DNA of 64,000 nucleotides from Candidatus Sumerlaeaceae bacterium (GCA_051003195.1 JBPCLP010000020.1:32001-96000), one strand, 5' to 3'; positions 49,018 to 58,382 are shown, counted from the stretch's first letter. Notes: generated by a model from the sequence alone, not told the origin. Numbers and translations: made by a program.

Positions 49018-49923
49018 ATGGGAGCCAACGAATTCGAGAAAGTCGCCCTTCAGGCGGTCGACCGTTTTGAACAACTGGACAAGTGGAGCGACGAACACCT
49101 GGACAGCGCCATCACTACCCGCAATATCCTGGAGAACACTTTTCATCTGGTCGAGGTGAACTGGGAAAAAACGCAAACGGCCGCCGATGCACTGCGCGAT
49201 AAACTCACGGACCAGCACGCGGCGCGTGCCGAGGCATTCCAGCAGCTGCATGAAGAACTGCAGGAGATCCTGCAGATCCTGACAGACCTGCAAGCCGCCG
49301 CCCAACAGCAGATGACCGATGCCAAATCTCACCTCGAACTGTTCACGGATACGCTGGACCAGTTTGACCAGAAGCTCGAGGTAGACCAGGCTGCCGCCGC
49401 GCAAAATCATTCCGAGGCCATTGAGGAAATTACCCAGATGACCACGGCGGTCGACCAGCTTACTTACAAGGCGGCCAACTACCTGGAGGAAGCCGGCACG
49501 CACATGGAGCAGGACATCCAGCATGTGCAGGCGCAGGGCACCGCACTGGAAGAATTGCTCACACAGCACACGTCCACTGCGGCGCAGCACGTCGAAGGCT
49601 TTGTCGAGCACCTTGCAGAACTCACCACGCGCGCCAGCAATGCCGTGGACGAGGCGATCGAGCAGGAGAACAAAGTCTTCGACGAATTCTGGGACGACGT
49701 GAAGCAACTGGTGCTGGAGCAGAACGGCGAGCATCTCGACGTTGGGATTGAGGCGTGGCAGGAGGAAGCCAGCAGCCTTGCAGACGATATTAACACCAAG
49801 CGCGAAAGCTTCGAGGATTTAAACGACGCACTGAACGCCGACATGGATACCGCCAACGGCACACTAAAAACGGCCGTGCGCGTGCTGGATGAACTGCAGC
49901 AAACACTCGAGAAGTTTAACTGA
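49018..49923 (+). CDS. Acidic all-helical protein of unknown function (operon gene 4)
   Basis: 301 aa; AGGAGAGG RBS; no Pro or Cys. Confidence 0.82.
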   Translation: MGANEFEKVALQAVDRFEQLDKWSDEHLDSAITTRNILENTFHLVEVNWEKTQTAADALRDKLTDQHAARAEAFQQLHEELQEILQILTDLQAAAQQQMTDAKSHLELFTDTLDQFDQKLEVDQAAAAQNHSEAIEEITQMTTAVDQLTYKAANYLEEAGTHMEQDIQHVQAQGTALEELLTQHTSTAAQHVEGFVEHLAELTTRASNAVDEAIEQENKVFDEFWDDVKQLVLEQNGEHLDVGIEAWQEEASSLADDINTKRESFEDLNDALNADMDTANGTLKTAVRVLDELQQTLEKFN

Positions 49924-49979
49924 AAGCTCCTCTCGGGTTAATGATTTCCAAGGAGCGAATCGGAACTTACAGATCGGAG

Positions 49980-50549
49980 TTACGGCACAGAAACCTGGGC
50001 ATTACTGCGCCCGAAATCGCCAACAGAAACGGTTCCGTTGCTTGCATCGTAGCAATAATCTGAGGGCCCGTCGAGATTCGCCGGGAGCCGATCGTTTACG
50101 AGGTCGGGCCCGACGGAGTATGTGAACCATTTTGTCCCGTTTGCTTTCCACGCATCAATATTCGCAGGCGTGGAATAGAACGGCTGCGCATCCACTCCAA
50201 AATACTCAAAATAGTTTCCCCGTGGGGGTAAGGCAAGCCGGAACGGGTCTTTGGGTACTGAAGAAATAAAAGCAACGGGTGTCGTGAGCAGCGCGTAAGT
50301 CATGGACTCGTCCTGCGGTGTGATGCCCGGGTAAATGTTCGCGTCAAAATCGGGCGGGTACCCATTGTGATCCGTGGCGTAGGCTTCCATGGCCGTTGCG
50401 ATTGTGCGCATGTCTGCCTTGGCGCGCGAAAGTTTTGCACGTGTTTGCGCTGCGAGCATGTTAGGAAGGGCAATCAGCGCAAGGATCGCAATTATGCCGA
50501 CCACGACGAGCAGCTCGATCAGAGTGAATGCGCGCGTGCTCGCTTTCAT
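49980..50549 (-). CDS. Type IV pilin / T2SS pseudopilin-like protein
   Basis: MKASTRA|FTLIELLVVVGIIAILALIALPNM; start overlaps the FecR gene stop. Confidence 0.9.
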   Translation of the reverse strand: MKASTRAFTLIELLVVVGIIAILALIALPNMLAAQTRAKLSRAKADMRTIATAMEAYATDHNGYPPDFDANIYPGITPQDESMTYALLTTPVAFISSVPKDPFRLALPPRGNYFEYFGVDAQPFYSTPANIDAWKANGTKWFTYSVGPDLVNDRLPANLDGPSDYCYDASNGTVSVGDFGRSNAQVSVP

Positions 50550-52360
50550 CGAGAAGCCTGCGTACTCAACTTAATTCGCCGATCGATAATCGTGGGTGGT
50601 AATGTCCGGGTGAATGGCTGTTTATTCGGCGCCGTCGATGTTTGACCTGCCGTCACCGTTCGATGTTCCCGCAGTTCGCCGGACATGGTATGGGACTGCA
50701 TGTCGATTTCATAGCTCCCGGTTTCCTCGGATTTGAATTCCGACAGGAACAACTTCGTTCCGCGATCGCCGCGGTTCTCTTCACTCAACGGGATGCCATT
50801 CAGCACACCCGTGCCTTTGTAGCTGAATCGCCCTACATTCTCCGACACTTGCGGGTTTGTGGATGGGCCGTCATATCGAACGGTCGAGTTAAACGCATAC
50901 TTGCCGCCTGGCACCAGCGGGATATTGCCGCTGTCACGGCGTTCCCAAGTCTGCCCCACTGGAATAGTGGGCAGTGTTGCCGTCGTGGGAATCGCCATCA
51001 TCCACGTGTGTCGAATCATTTCCATAAACATGATGGCGCTCCGCGGATCGAATTTACCGCCCAGCGCGGGGAACCGGATGTCAGACAACTCGCCTTCCAG
51101 GCCCATCGTATAGCGCACAGGTTTATTGGCGAAAGCTGCCATCGCTTTTGCCATGGGGTCATCTCTGAACGATTCCTGTTTTATTACTGCGCATTCTACA
51201 ACCTGGGTCCCATCCGGGCGCTGATCGACAACCCGCCGGGACGCTTTTACTTTCTCGCTTGTGACCCAGTTGTTGCCGGTTTTCGTCTGAATTTCCGCGT
51301 TCGCGATCACCTCTTGTCCGGGATGGCTGGCCGAGCTGCCGGCACCGGGCGTCGAATCGAGTGGTCGTGCAGACGCCGCTGCAACCGACTGCCCGGGGTG
51401 CACCAGGCCAATCGGCAGAACCCGATCCTTTGACCACTGGGTGTAGGCGATGATAAGACCAGCAATCATGGTAAGCGTGATCACAGCCTTCCAGGCTATG
51501 CTGCCCCGGCGCGCATGGTGGCCGGTGGTGGCAATGCGAGACCATGCAACGTGGTGGCGAAGCTCACGTGCGGTAAGTTTCCTTGGCGCGATCGTAGCGG
51601 GGCTGCCGCGCCGCGGCACCTGTAACAGATCACCAGCACGCAATGATACATCCACGGCTGCGGGTTCCCCGGAAAGAGAGTACGCCCTGTAGCGCACTTC
51701 ACCTTCGGCCACAATAATCTGCAGTGAATCGTCAGCGCGGCTTTCCACATCGAATTCAGTGCCTACCACGGAGATTCGCCCACGGGAAGTAGCGAGGCTC
51801 AAGCGCCCGCTCGACTGGCGAGCGACCGAGGCGAAAATACGTCCCTGTTTGAGCATGGCAGCGTCAGACGTGTCGTTTGTGCGGGACGTATCGGCCGGCA
51901 ATATTTCCATAGTTGTGTTTCCGGCGAGGAGGAACAAGGTGCCGTCAGCAAAGTAGAGTTGTGCGCGGGAACCGCCAGGTACTTCAAGCTGCGTGCTCCG
52001 GCCCAGCAACACAGGCGAGCTGCAGGGCACGGCGGTGCTCGCGGCTGACCGTCGGATCGAAACGCTTCCTTCAGTCGGTACGAGACGCACCTGCAAAGTC
52101 ATAGCTGCTTTGCCCTCGCTCGTGGATGCAGTCGGGAGCACGCTGCCCAACAGCGCGCCGCGAAACCTTTCCCGGGTGGCAGTGGGCAGGTCGGCATTTA
52201 CCCAATCATGCAGCAAGGATTTCATCTGTTTCGCGTCGGCATCAAAGGAAGGCGAAGCGTCATCCGTCCTGTGCACTGGTTCACCGTACATAGCCCGCAG
52301 TTCGTCTTCAGGCAGAAGTCCGGCTGCCGAAACATTCTGTGGGTTCGTTTTGCCTCTCAT
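50546..52360 (-). CDS. FecR-domain membrane protein (anti-sigma-like)
   Basis: SRAQLYFADGT...LKQGRIFASV...ISVVGTEFDV...VAEGEV FecR pattern; a single TM near residue 290-308. Confidence 0.82.
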   Translation of the reverse strand: MRGKTNPQNVSAAGLLPEDELRAMYGEPVHRTDDASPSFDADAKQMKSLLHDWVNADLPTATRERFRGALLGSVLPTASTSEGKAAMTLQVRLVPTEGSVSIRRSAASTAVPCSSPVLLGRSTQLEVPGGSRAQLYFADGTLFLLAGNTTMEILPADTSRTNDTSDAAMLKQGRIFASVARQSSGRLSLATSRGRISVVGTEFDVESRADDSLQIIVAEGEVRYRAYSLSGEPAAVDVSLRAGDLLQVPRRGSPATIAPRKLTARELRHHVAWSRIATTGHHARRGSIAWKAVITLTMIAGLIIAYTQWSKDRVLPIGLVHPGQSVAAASARPLDSTPGAGSSASHPGQEVIANAEIQTKTGNNWVTSEKVKASRRVVDQRPDGTQVVECAVIKQESFRDDPMAKAMAAFANKPVRYTMGLEGELSDIRFPALGGKFDPRSAIMFMEMIRHTWMMAIPTTATLPTIPVGQTWERRDSGNIPLVPGGKYAFNSTVRYDGPSTNPQVSENVGRFSYKGTGVLNGIPLSEENRGDRGTKLFLSEFKSEETGSYEIDMQSHTMSGELREHRTVTAGQTSTAPNKQPFTRTLPPTIIDRRIKLSTQASR

Positions 52361-52992
52361 TGTGCAGATCTCATTTCCGTGCTGCGTAAGGGGTTGTCGG
52401 TAAGGGCGCTATACTCACGGCGAAGTTCGCTGAGGCCGCGGTTCAATCGGGACCAGACGGTGCCTTCCGGGATTCCTAATATTTGCGCGATATCGCGGGC
52501 GCCCAGTTCTTTCAGATGGCGCAATACGAGGATCTCGCGCAGATCGAGAGGCAATTTGCGCAAGGCTTGCTGCAGGCGCTGATGCTCCTGGTTGGCCGCG
52601 GCAACACTGCGCGGGTCAGGCGAAGCCCCACTAAGGCGGATAAGAACCGGACCCATGGCGCCGGCCTCGACGTCCTCCAATTCGCTTTCCAGAGAAACAG
52701 CCGGCGGTTTTCGCTTCGCAGCTTTGCCAACATCGATGGCCAGGTGGCGCGCAATGGTGAAGAGCAGCGAGTAGATGGAACGTACTTGTGCAGTCTGGCC
52801 CGGCGCGGCCGGCGCCGCGAGCGTCCCGATAAACCTGAGGAATACTTCCTGGGCCATATCCTCCGCCTGCGCAGGATCGGGCAGGTGCGCTGCAAAATAA
52901 CGGAGCAACGGCTGGGCGTAGCGGTCCAGCAACGCGTCTGCAGCTTCGGGCGAACCGTGCTGCAACCCTGCTATTATTTCCTTATCATCCAT
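52357..52992 (-). CDS. ECF sigma-70 family RNA polymerase sigma factor
   Basis: AEDMAQEVFLR, LLFTIARHLAID, REILVLRHL...IAQILGIPEGTVWSRLNRG. Confidence 0.92.
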   Translation of the reverse strand: MDDKEIIAGLQHGSPEAADALLDRYAQPLLRYFAAHLPDPAQAEDMAQEVFLRFIGTLAAPAAPGQTAQVRSIYSLLFTIARHLAIDVGKAAKRKPPAVSLESELEDVEAGAMGPVLIRLSGASPDPRSVAAANQEHQRLQQALRKLPLDLREILVLRHLKELGARDIAQILGIPEGTVWSRLNRGLSELRREYSALTDNPLRSTEMRSAQ

Positions 52993-53163
52993 GGGGGGGC
53001 ATTCAACCGGGCAAAGGAGATTCATACTCAGGGAAGACGACAAAGCACTCGAAACCATCGGGACCACGGAAAAATAGTTCAAAATTCGCGTTTCGAGCAA
53101 TGTCCGCTGGGCAATACGTGCCAAATAAAAACAGGAACCAACAGCGGGGACGTCCAGGACAGG

Positions 53164-53191
53164 AAGCAGGGGGACAGAAGCAGGGGGACAG
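53164..53191. repeat. 14-bp tandem direct repeat x2
   Basis: AAGCAGGGGGACAG at 53164 and 53178. Confidence 0.7.
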
Positions 53192-53465
53192 GCCCTTAGT
53201 TAATTTGTTAACACAGATCCGGGAAACAGCGAAAGATCGTGGGTCAGCTTCCGACCTGGTTCTTTTCATGGCCGCGCCTGCCCGGCGACTGTAGCCGAAA
53301 CTCCTGCAGTTTAAGTAGCCGGAAGGGTCTCTAAGACGTCGTGTGGGAATACCAATGCCTAAAAGCCTGTGTTATACAGGTCCTCATAATGATAAAACAA
53401 ACGCAGTTTCCCGACCCCGAAAGCAGCCCGAGCGAAGCCGCCGCAATCGCCGCAGATCCTCGTGG

Positions 53466-53484
53466 CGCAGGCGTCTCGCCTGCG
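53466..53484. repeat. REP-like palindrome
   Basis: CGCAGGCG-tct-CGCCTGCG preceded by GTGG; intergenic. Confidence 0.55.
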
Positions 53485-53658
53485 GTTGACGGGTTCCAGC
53501 AAGTAACCGAAGCCAACAGCCCGGCCCAACTCCGCCAGAAGACACCTGAGCGGAAATCCACCCACGCACTCGAAACAGGAGCGAAACCTTACAGAAACAT
53601 TACCGCTATTCAAGTGGCGAAATTACCAACTTGAACTTGAAAGCACAAAGGAGAAATT

Positions 53659-53904
53659 ATGATGACCCTGGCAACGCAACCCGCCGTGCCTTACTGCCGT
53701 CCCTGCCGCCGATCTTTTGGAGCACGCGCGGCGGACGCCGCTTTGGTGCTGGACGCAAAAAGTTCAGCCACGCCTCCGACAAAGAAACAAAAGAAGAACT
53801 GGAGGCCACATGATCTGAACATTACGGAAATCAAAGGGCGAAATTACCCCATCGGCCTGTTTGATTTAAAGCGTGAAATGCCAATGAGCGACGCCAATGT
53901 TTGA
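53659..53904 (+). CDS. Small hypothetical protein
   Basis: Strong AAAGGAG RBS 5 nt before the ATG; 81 aa; no recognisable family. Confidence 0.35.
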   Translation: MMTLATQPAVPYCRPCRRSFGARAADAALVLDAKSSATPPTKKQKKNWRPHDLNITEIKGRNYPIGLFDLKREMPMSDANV

Positions 53905-53927
53905 TTAGTTTTGATTAGTTTTGATTA
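53901..53927. repeat. 10-bp tandem repeat upstream of rpsA
   Basis: TTGATTAGTT-TTGATTAGTT-TTGATTA. Confidence 0.7.
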
Positions 53928-54077
53928 AGGAGGCTCGCCCCACCGTTTTAAAACCGTGCATACGCCGGCGCCTGCGCATCAAACCCGATTCTTTTAAATC
54001 GACAGGCCCGTCCGGTGCCCGATAAAACGGAAACCGAACGGGTGCAGTTGAAGCGCGAGGGGAATTGGAAGAGACCG

Positions 54078-55823
54078 ATGACAACCGATAAAAAACCAAC
54101 CACGCAGCACGTCTCCAACGCCGGGGACGACGACGAAGACTTCGAGGCGCTTCTGAACCAGCACCTGCCGAAGGCCCTGCCGAAAACGCAGGGCGAAATC
54201 GTGGAAGCCACCGTCATCGCGGTGCTCGATGACGTGGTGCTCGTCGCGGTCGGCTCCAAGGAGGAAAGCGAGATTCCTGCGGCGGAATTCATGGATCCGC
54301 GCGGGCTGATGACGGTGCACGTTGGTGAGAGTATACGCGTCATGCTGACCGGCTGGGATGAGGACCACGGGGCCCAGCTCAGCTATAAGCAGGCACGGGT
54401 GTCGGAAGCGTCGGGCATGCTGGGCGAAGCGGCCAAAGCCGGGGTTCCGGTCCGGGGGACGGTGACGCGTGCGGTGAGCAGCGGCGTCATCGTGGACGTG
54501 AACGGCGTGGACGCCTTCATGCCGGGGAGCCAGGTGGATACGATGCGTGTGCCGGACCTGGCGTCGTTCGTCGGCCAGGAGATCGAAGCTTATGTGCTCG
54601 AGTTCGATGCGCAGAAGGGGCGGGCGGTTCTGTCGCGTCGCAAGCTGCTGGAGGAACGGAAGGAAGCCGCGAAGTCAGGCTATCTGAAAACGATCGAGCC
54701 TGGAAGCATTGTAACGGGAACGGTTCGCCAGGTACTGGCGTTCGGCGCGTTTGTGAGCCTCGGTACGGAAGGATCGGTTGACGCGCTGCTTCCCCGTTCC
54801 GAGCTTACCTACGATCGCGGGATTGAGCCGGCCTCGCTTGTGACGATAGGTCAGCAGCTGCAGGTCAAGGTGCTCGAGATGGATCAGGCTACGGGGAAGA
54901 TTACCGTGTCGCGTAAACGGCTGCACGAAGATCCCTGGGAAAAGATCGAGCAGAATTTCCCGGTGGGCTCGACGGTGACTGGGAAAATCGCGAGCATCCA
55001 GGGTTTCGGCGCCTTTGTGAATCTGCAGGAAGGCATTACAGGCCTGCTGCATAATAAGGACCTGTCATGGTCCGCCGACAAAAAAAGCGCGCAGCAGGAA
55101 TTGCGCGAGGGCGACAACGTCAGTTGCCTGGTGACCGCAATCGATAAGGAGCAGAAGCGGCTGTCGCTGAGCCTGAAGCACCTGACGCGCGACCCATGGT
55201 CGGACGTGGAGCAGCGCTACCCCGTTGGCAGCAAACACGTGGGCACAGTCGCGGGGGTGAAGGATTTCGGCGCATTTGTAAAATTGGATGAGAACACGCA
55301 GGGCCTGCTGCACGTGAGCGATTTGAGCTGGGAGCGACGCCCGGTTGCGGCGACGGATGTGCTTGAGGAAGGACAGCAGGTGGAGGTTGTCGTGCTGGAG
55401 CTGGATGCAGCAAAGCGTCGCGTAAAACTGGGCGCGAAGCAGATGAGTGCGTCGCCCTTCACCCGCTTCAGCGGCTTAAATCCGGTTGGATCGCTTGTGA
55501 AGGGCACCATCACACGGCTCGTGCCGTATGGCGCATTTGTGGAGCTTGCTCCGGGACTTGAGGGATTGATTCATATCAGCGAACTCGACGAAAACCGCGT
55601 CGACTCGCCCGAGCGGGTGGTTCGCATTGGAGAAGAAGTAACCGCGAAGATCCTCGAGATTAACCCGGATAAACAACGCATAGGGCTTTCGCGCAAACAG
55701 GCGTTCCAGCAGATGGAGCAGGAAAATATGCAGGCTTACATGAAACAGCAGGAACCTGCAAAAGGTTCAGGCTCGGCATTCGGCGCGGCATTCCAGGCTG
55801 CGTTAAGTAAAAAGAAGCCGTGA
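54078..55823 (+). CDS. rpsA: 30S ribosomal protein S1 (six S1 domains)
   Basis: AFMPGSQVD, VLSRR, repeated FGAFV...GLLH..DLSW, DPW linkers, EGLIHISEL. Confidence 0.88.
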   Translation: MTTDKKPTTQHVSNAGDDDEDFEALLNQHLPKALPKTQGEIVEATVIAVLDDVVLVAVGSKEESEIPAAEFMDPRGLMTVHVGESIRVMLTGWDEDHGAQLSYKQARVSEASGMLGEAAKAGVPVRGTVTRAVSSGVIVDVNGVDAFMPGSQVDTMRVPDLASFVGQEIEAYVLEFDAQKGRAVLSRRKLLEERKEAAKSGYLKTIEPGSIVTGTVRQVLAFGAFVSLGTEGSVDALLPRSELTYDRGIEPASLVTIGQQLQVKVLEMDQATGKITVSRKRLHEDPWEKIEQNFPVGSTVTGKIASIQGFGAFVNLQEGITGLLHNKDLSWSADKKSAQQELREGDNVSCLVTAIDKEQKRLSLSLKHLTRDPWSDVEQRYPVGSKHVGTVAGVKDFGAFVKLDENTQGLLHVSDLSWERRPVAATDVLEEGQQVEVVVLELDAAKRRVKLGAKQMSASPFTRFSGLNPVGSLVKGTITRLVPYGAFVELAPGLEGLIHISELDENRVDSPERVVRIGEEVTAKILEINPDKQRIGLSRKQAFQQMEQENMQAYMKQQEPAKGSGSAFGAAFQAALSKKKP

Positions 55824-55834
55824 ACCAAAGCCAA

Positions 55835-55875
55835 GGCGCGGCATCTGAAGTTCCCCCCTCTTCAGTTGCCGCGCC
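55835..55875. terminator. Hairpin after rpsA between convergent genes
   Basis: GGCGCGGCA-t-CTGAAG ... CTTCAG-t-TGCCGCGCC with one mismatch. Confidence 0.7.
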
Positions 55876-55894
55876 CCTCTACCGGCAATAGACC

Positions 55895-56053
55895 TTAGAC
55901 CGTGCTGCCACGGCCTCCGGTCAACAGACGCCACACGATGAGAATCGCAGCGAGGACGAGCAGAAAGTGGATCATACTGCCGGCAACTTGGAAAATGGCT
56001 CCGAAGAGCCATAATCCCAGGATGATAAGGGCGAGTATGTAGAGAATATGCAT
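55895..56053 (-). CDS. lmo0937/DUF5670-like small membrane protein (52 aa)
   Basis: Not in the ORF track. MHILYILALIILGLWLFGAIFQVAGSMIHFLLVLAAILIVWRLLTGGRGSTV; LWL.G...IH.LLV.A pattern; GAGG RBS. Confidence 0.85.
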   Translation of the reverse strand: MHILYILALIILGLWLFGAIFQVAGSMIHFLLVLAAILIVWRLLTGGRGSTV

Positions 56054-56231
56054 GGGTTGACCTCATCCGGCTCAGCTCAGCAGCCGGCCTTTCTTTACAA
56101 GCTGGGCATAGTCAGGTCAATTAACGTGCCAAAGGAACCGAGGCACACGGAAGGTTTTAACAGAAGGGTGGAAAAGCTTTGAGTGAGAACCTAATAACAC
56201 CCCGGGGAGTTATGATCCAGGGGGATCTACG

Positions 56232-57128
56232 ATGATCCGGAGCATGACAGGATTTGGGGCGGGACACGCGACGACCGACCTTGGGGAAATTTCAGTGGAG
56301 ATCAAGTCGCTGAACAATCGGTTCCTGGACGTGAACGTAAAGTTCCCGCGCGAACTTGCGAGTGCGGAACTGCAGCTGCGCGAGGCAGTGAAGCAACGCG
56401 TGCGGCGCGGGAAAGTCGATCTGTACGTCAAGTGGGCGGCTGCTCCGGGGGCGCAGGCGCTTTATGAAATCAACAAACCGTTAATGCAGCATTATGCCAG
56501 GCAACTGGAGGAGGCGCTGCACAGCCTCGGGGGAAACGAAACCCGGCTGGATATCGGAGCCTTGCTGGCGTTGCCCGGTGTTGTGGGGCCGACGGCTGCA
56601 GCAGCGGAAGATGGAGTGCTGCTGAAGACGGCGCTCGTTGCGCTGACAGACGCCCTGGACGCGCTCGAGCAGTCACGCGTGCGCGAGGGCGGCCAGCTCG
56701 TCGATGCGATCTGTGGGCACCTGGATGTGCTGGAAAGACTTCGGGCTGAGATTTCAGCGGCAAAAGATGAACTGCTGGAGGAGTATCGCAAGCGGCTCCG
56801 TGAACGGATGGAACATCTGACAAAGGCGGTCGACGTTGCGCTGGACCCTGCTCGGCTTGAGACGGAACTGCTCTTCTACGCGGACAAAAGCGACATCACT
56901 GAAGAGCTGGTGCGGCTGGAAGCACACTTGAAAACCTTTCGGACAACCCTGGAGGACTCCCGAACTGCCGAGGCGGTAGGGAAACCCCTGGATTTCCTCG
57001 TACAGGAACTGCTGCGCGAAGCCAACACGATCGGCAATAAGGCACGCGGAGTGGCGGTAGCGCAGCTGGTAGTGAAGATGAAGAGCGAAATTGAGAAAAT
57101 CCGCGAGCAGGTCCAGAACCTGGAATGA
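56232..57128 (+). CDS. yicC: YicC/YloC family endoribonuclease
   Basis: MIRSMTGFG, EIKSLNNRFLD, RGKVD, DITEELVRL, LDFLVQELLREANTIGNK, EKIREQVQNLE. Confidence 0.95.
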   Translation: MIRSMTGFGAGHATTDLGEISVEIKSLNNRFLDVNVKFPRELASAELQLREAVKQRVRRGKVDLYVKWAAAPGAQALYEINKPLMQHYARQLEEALHSLGGNETRLDIGALLALPGVVGPTAAAAEDGVLLKTALVALTDALDALEQSRVREGGQLVDAICGHLDVLERLRAEISAAKDELLEEYRKRLRERMEHLTKAVDVALDPARLETELLFYADKSDITEELVRLEAHLKTFRTTLEDSRTAEAVGKPLDFLVQELLREANTIGNKARGVAVAQLVVKMKSEIEKIREQVQNLE

Positions 57129-57370
57129 CTGAATACCTCAATTCGATCCCGGTGCTGGATGATCTATCGAACCTGGTGAAGTGGCTGCTGCTGGTTAATG
57201 TTCTGCTGACGGGCGCGACCATTCTTTTTGCCTTCCGCGCGGCATTGTACAAAGAACGCGTGGAGGAACTGGAGACAGAAATCGCACAGTCGGTTAACGA
57301 CGCTCTAAGCGCACCGCTTTCGGACGATCGGCCAATCTCGACGACCCGTCAAAAGCGCCAGGCGCAGTAG
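57125..57370 (+). CDS. Small single-TM hypothetical protein
   Basis: ATGA overlap with yicC; one TM helix. Confidence 0.6.
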   Translation: MTEYLNSIPVLDDLSNLVKWLLLVNVLLTGATILFAFRAALYKERVEELETEIAQSVNDALSAPLSDDRPISTTRQKRQAQ

Positions 57371-57371
57371 G

Positions 57372-57899
57372 TCAGTTCACCGTGCCGAGGCGCTCGGGCG
57401 GCCAGTAGCGAAATGCCAGCACCCCCAGCAGGCGGTTGCGGCTTACGGGTCCATGGTCGACACTGTCGTAGCTGTTGTTACGGTTATCTCCAGCGACAAA
57501 CATCTGGTTGTTTCCCACGAACCAGGATTTCGAGCGGGAAAGCCGCAAGGCGTGCCTGGCGTAACTTTCGGGCCTGCCGTTCACAAAGAGGCGGCCCTCG
57601 CGCAGGTCTACTCGTTCGCCGTCCTCGGCAATGACGCGCTTGGTTAAAGCGGAGCCGGCGTCCTCGGGTTCAAATGCGACGACCTTGCCATGCAGGTCGT
57701 CTTTTTCGGATTCTTTCAGCAGGAGTACGTGATCCCCGACTTTAAGAGTCGGGTCCATCGAGCGGGAGACCACAACAAAGCTCTGCAAATTTCCGACGGC
57801 AAATTGCAGCAGGATGACCATAAGGACGAGCGCAATGGCGATATCTATCCCCCGCCTGAACCTCGAAATGGCCTGGTCTTTTGCTTCCTGGGTTTGCAT
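57372..57899 (-). CDS. lepB: Signal peptidase I
   Basis: SRSMDPTL (catalytic Ser), TKRVIA (Lys), GDNRNNSYDS, YWPP. Confidence 0.9.
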   Translation of the reverse strand: MQTQEAKDQAISRFRRGIDIAIALVLMVILLQFAVGNLQSFVVVSRSMDPTLKVGDHVLLLKESEKDDLHGKVVAFEPEDAGSALTKRVIAEDGERVDLREGRLFVNGRPESYARHALRLSRSKSWFVGNNQMFVAGDNRNNSYDSVDHGPVSRNRLLGVLAFRYWPPERLGTVN

Positions 57900-58136
57900 A
57901 GTGCCGTCTATTAAGCACCCGGCGTACCACTGGGAAATCATGAACGAAAGAGCTTCGAATCCGCTTTGGAGTTTTATCGTGGTACTGATTTCAGGCATGT
58001 TAGTTTGTTTTCTAGCTTGACTCGCCCACGCGGGCGGTCCAAGGATTATGGCATAATCACGACGGGTCCGTGTGCGGAGCTTGTAAAAAACTCCGCATAC
58101 GAACCGGTCGTGGACTACAATCAGGTAGGTTCCACG

Positions 58137-58325
58137 ATGAGCTTTAAATGGTTACTCGTGCTCTTGCTGCTCGTGTTTGCATTGGTAATAAAGTATGGCG
58201 ACGAGTTCAGCAGCATTAAGCCGGTTCACAGTACTTCCGGTGCGGATTTGGCGAGCCTTGAAGAGCGTCCAGATCCATCTTTGTTCAGTCGCCCGGAGGG
58301 ATCGTCCACTTCAAATGGTCGATAG
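58137..58325 (+). CDS. Small hypothetical exported/membrane protein
   Basis: MSFKWLLVLLLLVFALVIKYG hydrophobic N-terminus; 62 aa. Confidence 0.4.
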   Translation: MSFKWLLVLLLLVFALVIKYGDEFSSIKPVHSTSGADLASLEERPDPSLFSRPEGSSTSNGR

Positions 58326-58382
58326 GCCAAAGCAGTCAGTTTTGTGTTGACGGCGAAGTGCAATATTTCGCATGTCAAAGTA

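Noticed and set aside
46129..49923. Calling the four helical proteins chemoreceptors, SMC proteins or canonical WXG100 substrates
   Set aside because: No MCP hairpin-tip motif, no Walker motifs, no W-x-G, and no type VII secretion genes in the window.
53108..53123. Minus-strand TGGCACGTATTGC as a sigma-54 promoter for the ECF operon
   Set aside because: The GG-GC spacing is 8 rather than 10 nt.
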